DNA from: Anthoceros angustus
Taxonomy: Eukaryota; Plantae; Anthocerotophyta
Assembly (NCBI GenBank): GCA_010909165.1
Contig: MU008169.1
Coordinates: forward strand, 1,674,001 to 1,738,000
Direction: 5' to 3'
Length of the DNA stretch: 64,000 bases
A model generated the notes under the pieces. That model searched no databases, was not told the origin of the DNA, and saw only the letters and a list, made by a program, of their open reading frames with translations. Positions within the stretch are counted from its first letter, which is position 1. Every line of letters starts with the position of its first letter. Positions 55,861-64,000 of the stretch are shown here, piece by piece. A program made the position numbers and the translations under genes.

Positions 55861-57085
55861 CATACTCCAGCCTGATTATTAATTGAAAGATTCAAAAGGG
55901 CACACACCGTTCTATCTGCCTTGATGTGCGCATGGACGCCCTTGTCCTACAGGATTGTTCCCAGGTTACCCAAGGTTTCAAATGTGCTATCACAGGCCAT
56001 GTGTGCTCAAATGTGCTGCAGGAGGACGGAATGGGCACCCCGCTTGAGGTCCCTCCGAGCTTCTGATGTTCACGTGCAGGAATAAGGCCAGTCTGCAATC
56101 TTGGACCCTCTTGACTGGCATGGTGTTCCTCTGAGTCTGGGCTCTAGTGTAAATTGAGCATGTGAAGTCGCATAAGATGGCATTTCCGATCTCTTAGTTT
56201 GCATCCTGTGCACCAGTGTGGCATTTCCCCTGGTTCTCTTATTCAGCTTTGTACATCCTAACGCATGCCATACGTTGACGTGATCATCCTCCTGCATGTT
56301 CATGTTACTAGCCTCATGCAGGTTGTTGTGATGGGGGCGATTAGTTAATGGGCGAGTAAGGTGTGCAAATACATGCTGGAAGGCACAAAGCTTTTCAGAA
56401 CGAAGATGTCACAGGAAAACGATGCTTTTGGAGGAGGGTGCAAACATCAAAGCCAGAAAAAGGTTGAACTTGCCAAGATTTATCGCAAGGAGAAGGAGCT
56501 GGAACTGCCCAAGCTGAAGAGAAAAGAAAAGATGCTTTCAGCTACTGTTAGCAAGCTTGACGGTTAGTCCTCATCTTCAAAAAGCTTATTTTGCCAGAAA
56601 CACTAGAGAGCTGATCGTGTTCCTGGTTGGTACTGAGCTTGATTCAAGCTCAGTACCTGACCTTTAGAAGGTGATCTGTAGCATGGTTGGTTCAAAAGTT
56701 TTGTGAGCGTAAATTGCTGCATCGGTAAGTTCACGCATGTAGTGATGTGGGATTGCCAAGGAATGCTAGTGCGTGGACAGGTTCTTCGAGTGAGTGATAA
56801 TCTGCAGGCGTATGACCTATGCTTGTTAAGTAGGAGTATATTCTTTACTTATGCTTTGCACAGACTGCGTCGATCTTATGGGTTATGGTTAACACAAGAA
56901 AAGGAAGCTGCAAAGGAGGCAGAGAGATAGGTAGGCGCAACTTGAGAGAAGCCTAATGGTTTGTTGGGGCCGAGGTTGGGGCGAGGACCAGGATGAAAAC
57001 GACGACCGGGGGAGGGGCTTTAAGAAGTCCTTCAACTAGCATGCACAGTACCTAACGCTATTGCTATCTTCAAACTTCTGGGAGT

Positions 57086-57494
57086 TGTACAGGAACTTGG
57101 CAATGAAATTTCTTCATTTTGCAAGGACATGCATTCTATAACTAAGGCTATTCCTCCAGTGAACCAGAAGGTGCGAAAGCTGTGTCAGGATACCAACACT
57201 TTTGAAGGGCTTTCCTTCTACAATGTCAAGATTGGCACGGTAGTTCTCAGTTTTTCAGTGCACAAGCGTGCGAAAAGGTAGTATTAAGAACGTGCAAATG
57301 TACAGGTACTTGGCAATGACATTTCTGCATTTTGCAAGGACGTGCATTCTATAACTAAGGCCATTCCTCCAGTGAACCCGAAGGTGCGAAACGTGTGTCA
57401 GGATATCAACACTTTTCATGAAGGGCTTCTCTTCTATAATGTCAAGATTAGCACGGTAGTTCTCAGTTTTCTAGTGCGCAAGCATGCGAAAAGG
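57086..57494. repeat. 213-bp tandem duplication
   Basis: tgtacagg(a/t)acttggcaatga...gcgaaaagg starts at 57086 and 57299. Confidence 0.85.
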
Positions 57495-59121
57495 AAGTAA
57501 CGGCAACAATGTATGCAAGAGCAATTCCCTAAGCAGAATGGATTCGAGTAAAATGGATCTGCTGAAGTAGGTTAGTATTTTGTGAATGCTAGACTTTGGT
57601 GTTGTGTGTAGTTTGCCCAATTTGCAACCTGGCCCGAAATTCCACATTCGGATCAGGAGTTTCGAGTTTCACACCTGCAAGCCATAAATCGGCCCCAAGC
57701 AAGGCCCGTGCTGTGTGAAGCAGTGGTTGCCGCCATCCAATTATAAAGTGTTGGGTGACACTTAACATCGTAGAGATGTTAAACTAATTTTTTGATGCTT
57801 AGATCAAACTAGTGCACATGAAAGGGTTTGTACAACTCCACTGTTGCAAAGTTGTGGTGGAGGATGATGCCTAGTGCATGGCAGCACTGCCGAAACAGTG
57901 AAGTTTGTTCTCTTGAGAGTACCAGTCTTCCTAAAGGTGTGCCAAGGGACCCGTTTTGCATAGACGAATCGCTCGTCAAAAACAAATTTAGTACACAGAT
58001 CATGTGGGAACTTGTTACTAACTGCTTGCAACCGACCCAACATTTGAGGTTTGGGCAAACGATGAAAGCAAATAGAAATTGGAAGATAGTCTTGTTGAGG
58101 TTTGAGCAAACGATGAAGACAAATAGAAATTGGCAGGTAGTCTTTAGCGTACTTCACTTAGTTTAGTGGACCGAGTACAAGTAATCCAAGTAGTAATACA
58201 GACCATCTAGAGGGGCAAGTAAACGAAGTATGGTAGAGACTACCTTATCTATATGTAGTATACTATATAGACACGTCTAGAGGTCAAGTAAGCTAAGTAC
58301 ATTAGAGAATACTTTATCCAGGTAGTAATCCAGGCACATCGAAAGGGTGACATAGATAATCGTATGATAGCTAGGCTCGATGGCCAGCAAAGCGGTATCA
58401 AGAGATCAAACAAAGGATTTGTACTTGAACTAGTTGTGGAAGCTTAGTGCCAGTGAATGAAGCCCCAAAACTACCATAGTTCATATAGTTATTCAAGTTA
58501 AGTATTATTCTTAATTTTATCTAAAAATATAAAAATTATCATGTAAATGCCTACACTAGATACGTGATATGGACATGATTATAGGACATGATTATAGGTA
58601 CCCCTATTTCTCATCTCTTCCCCTCAATAAAATTAGTTTCCTCTATTCCTCTAATAATTGATAAGTACCTAATTATGAGCAAAGTACCTAAGCTTAATGG
58701 TCTCCCTAGAGAAAAATTAAACCATTCGATGAGGGGAAGAGGCAGGGGGATGGGGGGTTGCCTAACACCATTCGACAGCTATATCAACTACAATATTGGT
58801 CATCCTTATGAATTGGTTTAAAAAATGGTGGAAAGAATTCATCTCTATTGTGAAGCAACATATCAAGAGAAATAAATAAATAAATTCAAAAACTTTATTA
58901 AAAATATTTAATTTTTAAAAACTTTATTTAATTTTTAATTTTTAATTTTATAAAACTGAAATTTATATTGAAAATATTATGAAATATAAAAGAAACTCTT
59001 TATATAGAAAGATATACCCGTATATTCCAAATAATAGAAACGGCTTGGTTTTCTATTTCTTTGAATTACTTACCTATAAAATATGTGTGTAGATTGTGTG
59101 CGTATACAAAAGCCTCTACTT

Positions 59122-59592
59122 TTAAAGTAAGACGGTGGTAAATTTGTATTGAATCTCACAATCTGCAACATGATAACTTGCAGCCATAGATTGGACACAC
59201 ACATCTAAAAGTCTCTCGCTGGCAAAATTTAAGCAGGAGCGACATTGATGGTTTTGCGCCATAGTTGATTTGCTTTGCTGTTGAAAAGTTGATTCTACCA
59301 TAGGAAAACAGTTTGCTGTTATATTAAGGCGATTAGGAGACCTGGTTTCACCAGGAGTGTAGTTATAGATTGCGGAATAAGGAAGCTCATTCGGAAATCT
59401 TTTGCTAGCTTCCCACACAGCTTCTTGCATATTGATAGTAAGCGACTCCACAATGTTTTCAAAAACATTATTTGGATTGCAATAATATGATACAAACGAT
59501 ATATCTGGAGAGACCTCAAAGTTCACTTGTTGTGGCAAAATTGTGTCAAAAGCACTTACTTTCATGATAAGTAGTAGCATAATTGAACACAT
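59122..59592 (-). CDS. Secreted single-domain DUF26/Gnk2-like Cys-rich protein, divergent
   Basis: From ATG 59592: signal-like MCSIMLLLIMKVSA; YYC...ANC-x21-C-x2-C-x11-C...YHVADCEIQY; intronless, in AT-rich DNA. Confidence 0.65.
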   Translation of the reverse strand: MCSIMLLLIMKVSAFDTILPQQVNFEVSPDISFVSYYCNPNNVFENIVESLTINMQEAVWEASKRFPNELPYSAIYNYTPGETRSPNRLNITANCFPMVESTFQQQSKSTMAQNHQCRSCLNFASERLLDVCVQSMAASYHVADCEIQYKFTTVLL

Positions 59593-60029
59593 TAATGTAG
59601 GATAAGAATTTTTACATCGATGCTCTGAAACACTATTGCACCCAACACCTGAAAAGCCACACAATGAGGCTAATTAGCCACATATCATGATAATATACAT
59701 TATCTCAACAAATGCAAGTAATCCTTTCATTTCAATTGTAAAAATGTTCCTCTCTATGATGAGTCGGTACATATTTGCTAAGATGCAATTTCTTACCCAA
59801 TATATTCATACTTGGTGATACAGGTTCAAGGACTTAAGAAAAAAGAAAATGACAAGTCTACATTGAAATGTAGGTAGTCATATTTAAAGCTGGAGTAATA
59901 CCTAAGAATCTTTGAATATATATATATAATAAGTATTATGATGTCATTCTCCATGTTTTTATAATGTTAAATGTCATCCTCCCTGCCCTTCCCGAGAGTT
60001 TTGTATGAGACACAACGTTTCCCAATTAG

Positions 60030-60290
60030 TTCTGATGGATATTAGGTAGTAAGGATTCATACTACATATTGAATCGTAATATAAAAGACTTGGTTCAGGG
60101 ATAACATAATTAGGTATATGGATGGATATGTTGGTTGATGATATAAAATATGTGGATTGATATTAGGTAGTAAGGGTTCATATGTATTATAAAAGACTTG
60201 GTTCTGGGGATAACATGATGAGGCAGAAAGGATGGATATGTTGGTTAATGATATAAAATTTGTAGATTGTTCTTTCAGGATATATAGAAA
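60030..60290. repeat. Degenerate AT-rich tandem repeat (about 120-bp unit)
   Basis: gatattaggtagtaagg...ataaaagacttggttc...ggatggatatgttggtt.atgatataaaat occurs twice; a partial third copy lies near 60420. Confidence 0.7.
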
Positions 60291-60777
60291 ATAGATAGGT
60301 TGGTTGATAAAATACGTAGTTCTTTCAGCATATGTAGAAAGTATGGATTACTGTGATCATTGTCAGAGTGGTAGAACATCAATAGATCGATTCAACTTGC
60401 GTGAGACACAATGTTTGATAGATATTTAGTAATAAGGATTCAGACCATGTATTGAATCGGAATATAAAAGATATAATGTTGACGCGGACCATGTTACTAG
60501 AGAAATGTTCAAAACCTTAGATGGTAGGTTTCCATCGAGAAACTTACATATAAGCAAGAACGAAGAAGAAGAAGAAAGAATTGCATATACCCCACCATGT
60601 CCAGCTTTGGAGATCGGGAATTAGAGATAACCTGGCAGCTACAATGGAATATCGGCATGCCTGCATCTAAAGTTGTTGTTATTGTCGAGGCCAGAGACAG
60701 TGCAGCCCAATGTGCATAGCTCCTCTCGGGGTTCAGCCTTGCTACCCAGTTTTTCCCCCTATGCGTGCAGCACTGCA

Positions 60778-60856
60778 GCCCAATTTTCCGGGGCCTCTGG
60801 ATGCAACCCAATTTCTAGCCCAATTTTCCGGGGCCTCTGGATGCAACCCAATTTCT
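60778..60856. repeat. 40-bp tandem duplication
   Basis: gcccaattttccggggcctctggatgcaacccaatttct starts at 60778 and 60818. Confidence 0.9.
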
Positions 60857-61028
60857 GCCCCTTAGACCTGCATGTAGAGCCAGCCCATTTTCCCCTCGTT
60901 GGGCCACTACATGTAGCCGTCGGCTCGCTAAGTGTACAGCCTGTGCATGGAAATGCCACCCCATCCCTTCCCTTTTATCGCATCACGATTCACTTCCAAG
61001 GTAGGGCAGGGCGCTTGGAATTGGGACT

Positions 61029-61085
61029 GAAGAAGAAGACGAAGAATTTTATAAGTCCACTAAGGACGGATTTCCGTCATGGACT
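61029..61085 (-). mobile_element. Short copy of the same retroposon 3' end (stem-loop + (TTC)n)
   Basis: gaagaagaagacgaagaattttataagtccactaaggacggatttccgtcatggact closely matches 55123-55184. Confidence 0.6.
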
Positions 61086-61483
61086 TGGTACTTGACAACT
61101 TGTACCATGGTGTGCCTAAGCTACTTGCACCAAGGGCATCCACTCCCTTTAGGCACCCCATCTAAGTACCGATCTAAGCTCAGGATGCTTAATCACGGCG
61201 TTCTTATAAATGTGTGTCCATTTGGCCTAGGCCATTTGAAGTTAATCAGGTATAGCATGCAATCATTTGTATGTTCCAGGAGGTACGCTGTTGCACAGAT
61301 ATCACACTCCACGGAGCCTGTCGAAACGAAACTGATCGAACTTCCAACCCTACACCCTGTCTTGTTCCCAGGCGGAGCAAATTCAGAGGTCGGAATTTGC
61401 TCCGAGGTCTAAATTGGCTCCGCCTAGGAACAAGACAGGGGCCCTATGCTGTTAGACTCTACAGTCTAGGCGATTGCACTTGG

Positions 61484-64000
61484 CTAGCCCGGAAAAGAAG
61501 GAATGGAATTGATACACGGCCATGATCTCCACTTGAAGTACTGTAATGAAGGCATCACACGAACATGTTCTTTCCCTGGACACATAAACCCTACTTGCAT
61601 CCTTGACGACGCGAACTTCGTTGCCATTTGACAATCAACACAACCCCGCACATTTAGAGCAGTAGAAATGGGGGCTCCTTTGGATGTATTATTGATGCCG
61701 GATGCAAAACTAAGCTTGTCGGTGTGGCCACACAAATGAACATCCTCTCGTCTACCATCAGACGAGTCCAGATGTGACACATTCCCTTTTTCCTTTGTTT
61801 TGACAAAGATCTCTTCCAGATCCCCAACCAAAAAACTATGCACCAGCCCGTCCATGTCTGTCCACCAGGTCTGACCGGGCTGCTTCCATGCTCTGATTCT
61901 TTTTCTCCTGACCTGCATCTTCTGTGCCTCATCCCACATGTGGGCACCCGTGTATACATTGGACATCAACACATATGCTGCAGCATCTCTGTCGTCTAGC
62001 TTCACTGCTTGGTCAAACGCATAGCGTCCCACCTCCACGTTGTTCCACTTTTGACAAGCTCCCAACAGAGTGTGCCACACAGCAGCGCTAGGCAGTACAG
62101 GCATTGTCCTTATGACAGTTAGAGCCTCATCCAGTCGGCCTGCACGGCCGAAGAGATCCACCATGCATGCATAGTGCTCCACATCGGGGGTGATGCTGTA
62201 GTTTCTACTCATGGCCTCAAAGTACTCTTGCCCCTTTTTCACAAGAGTCCCATGACTGCATACTGTTAGTATACTCAGGAAAGTGATTGCGTCTGGCTGT
62301 ATGCCATTGTCTCTCATTCTCTGTACCAAGTCGAAGACCCGTTTACTGTCTCCTTGGGAGCTGTACCCTGCAATTAGTGCACTCCAGGCACCCATGTCCC
62401 TGTTGGGCAGCACATCAAAGACGCGCTGTGCATCAACCATGCTCGCACACTTTCCATACATGTTTATCAAACTGCCCGCCACAAAGGCATCCTCTTGAAG
62501 CCCTTGTTCTTCAATCTGCGAATGCAACTGCCTTCCCAGGTGCAACGATGCCACACTTGCACATGCCTGAAGGAGGGATACAAATGTCACAGAATCAGGT
62601 ACAGCCATGCCTTCGTCTTGCATAGCAATGTACAGATGGAGGGCTTCTTGCCCCATGCTTTCCTGGGAATACCCTGCTATCATGGCATTCCACACCACCA
62701 CATTTTTTTCACCAAGAGCATCAAAAACGGTACGAGCGTCTTCTAAGCTGCCACACTTTGCATACATGTTCACCAAACTGCTGGCGACATACACATCAGC
62801 TTGAAGCCTTCGCTCTCTAATCTGCACATGAAGCTGCTTCCCCATCTCCAAAGCCGGGGTACCAACAACTGCACATGCCTGTAGGAGGCACACAAATGTC
62901 ACAGAATCAGGGGTGACCATGCCTTCTTGTTGCATATCTCCGTAAAGATGAAGGGCCTCCTGCCCCATGCCCTGTTGGGAATATCCTGCCATCAAGGCAT
63001 TCCATGTAACGACATCTTTCTGACCAAGCGTGTCAAACACTCTCTGAGCATCCTCCAAGCTGCCACACTTTGCATACATGTTCACCAAACTGGTGGCCAC
63101 AAAGCCATCAGCTTCATGTCCTTGCGCTCTGATCTGGGCATGCAGCTGCTTTCCCATCTCCAAACCCTGCGTGCCCACAATTGCACAAGCCTGCAAGAGG
63201 CACACAAATGTCACCGAATTGGGTACAGCAACGCCTTCTGCTTGCATAGCCCTGTAGAGACCAAGGGCTTCCTGACCCATACCCTGCTGGGAATATCCTG
63301 CAATTAGAGCGGTCCACGTCACACCCTCTTTCTGAACAAGTCCATCAAACACTCTCTGAGCATCTTTCAAGCTGCCACACTTAGCATACATGTTCACCAA
63401 ACTGCTGGCAACAAACGCATCAGCTTCATGTCCTTGCTCTATAATCTGCGCCTCCATCTGCTTCCCCTTCTCCAAAGCTGGGGTTCCCACACTTGAGCAT
63501 GCCTGCAGGAGGCACACAAATGTCATGGAATCAGGTACAGCCAAGCCATCTGCTAGCATGGCACTGTAAAGCGAAAGGGCTTCCATGCCCATCCCCTGCT
63601 GGGAATACCCTGCTATCATGGCAGTCCACGTCACCACATCTCTTGGCCCAGGTCCATCAAACACTTGCCGAGCACCTTCCACACTGCCACACTTTGCATA
63701 CATGTTCACCAAACTGCTGACAACAAACACATCAGCTTCATAGCCTCCTTCTCGGATCTGGGCATGTAGCTGCTTCCCCTTCTCCAAGGCTGGGACACCC
63801 ACACTTGCACATGCCTGTAGGAGGCACACAAAGGTCATGGAATCGGGTGCAGCCATGCCTTCTTCTTGCATATTGCTGTAAAGACGAAGGGCTTCCTGTC
63901 CCATGCCCTCCTGGGAATACCCTGCTATCAAGGCAGTCCAGGTCACCACATCTTTTTTACCGAGGCCATCAAACACTCTCTGAGCGTCTGCCAAGCTGCC
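61484..64000 (-). CDS. PLS-class PPR RNA-editing factor, paralog of 12569-15676, with a degenerate DYW:WW domain; 5' part beyond the window
   Basis: Same P-LL-S triplets, E1/E2 and KQPGQTWWTD, then LCGHTDKLSF...NVRGCVDC..ATKF; the frame is open to the window edge. Confidence 0.95.
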   Translation of the reverse strand, partial: GSLADAQRVFDGLGKKDVVTWTALIAGYSQEGMGQEALRLYSNMQEEGMAAPDSMTFVCLLQACASVGVPALEKGKQLHAQIREGGYEADVFVVSSLVNMYAKCGSVEGARQVFDGPGPRDVVTWTAMIAGYSQQGMGMEALSLYSAMLADGLAVPDSMTFVCLLQACSSVGTPALEKGKQMEAQIIEQGHEADAFVASSLVNMYAKCGSLKDAQRVFDGLVQKEGVTWTALIAGYSQQGMGQEALGLYRAMQAEGVAVPNSVTFVCLLQACAIVGTQGLEMGKQLHAQIRAQGHEADGFVATSLVNMYAKCGSLEDAQRVFDTLGQKDVVTWNALMAGYSQQGMGQEALHLYGDMQQEGMVTPDSVTFVCLLQACAVVGTPALEMGKQLHVQIRERRLQADVYVASSLVNMYAKCGSLEDARTVFDALGEKNVVVWNAMIAGYSQESMGQEALHLYIAMQDEGMAVPDSVTFVSLLQACASVASLHLGRQLHSQIEEQGLQEDAFVAGSLINMYGKCASMVDAQRVFDVLPNRDMGAWSALIAGYSSQGDSKRVFDLVQRMRDNGIQPDAITFLSILTVCSHGTLVKKGQEYFEAMSRNYSITPDVEHYACMVDLFGRAGRLDEALTVIRTMPVLPSAAVWHTLLGACQKWNNVEVGRYAFDQAVKLDDRDAAAYVLMSNVYTGAHMWDEAQKMQVRRKRIRAWKQPGQTWWTDMDGLVHSFLVGDLEEIFVKTKEKGNVSHLDSSDGRREDVHLCGHTDKLSFASGINNTSKGAPISTALNVRGCVDCQMATKFASSRMQVGFMCPGKEHVRVMPSLQYFKWRSWPCINSIPSFPG

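Noticed and set aside
61050-61085. Hammerhead ribozyme / retrozyme
   Set aside because: Lacks the CUGANGA and GAAA core in a three-way junction; it is a simple nested hairpin.

Overview
Eukaryotic nuclear DNA from a compact land-plant genome, most likely a hornwort (Anthoceros-like; inferred, not verified). Flagellar genes (IFT172, tubulin polyglutamylase) imply motile sperm, PLS-class PPR editing factors carry long-L motifs and the WW-type PG box, and a nuclear holocytochrome c synthase (HCCS) is present. Layout: 1-10.4 kb is a nest of LTR retroelements (copia 5' end, a solo LTR inside a 51-bp minisatellite, and a decayed full-length chromovirus whose LTRs end in AGT...ACT rather than TG...CA, with an exact 5-bp TSD). 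10.5-17.2 kb holds a conserved unknown gene with a U12 AT-AC intron, a PPR gene and a PLAC8 gene. 18-21.4 kb is an AT-rich island with a DUF26 gene, then an orphan gene pair. 21.5-47.6 kb is gene-dense with repeated head-to-head pairs (phosducin-like/WDR5-like, HIR, mS26/PUX, HCCS/PV42, IFT172/TTLL). 48.6-61 kb is repeat-rich and contains an Ole e 1-extensin gene, tRNA-Gln, an apparent ORF1-only LINE derivative and a second DUF26 gene. A second PPR gene with a degenerate DYW domain runs off the right edge. Several 1-bp frameshifts sit in G-runs, suggesting long-read indel errors, so frameshift claims need read support. All identifications are by eye and from recalled family motifs; no database searches were run.
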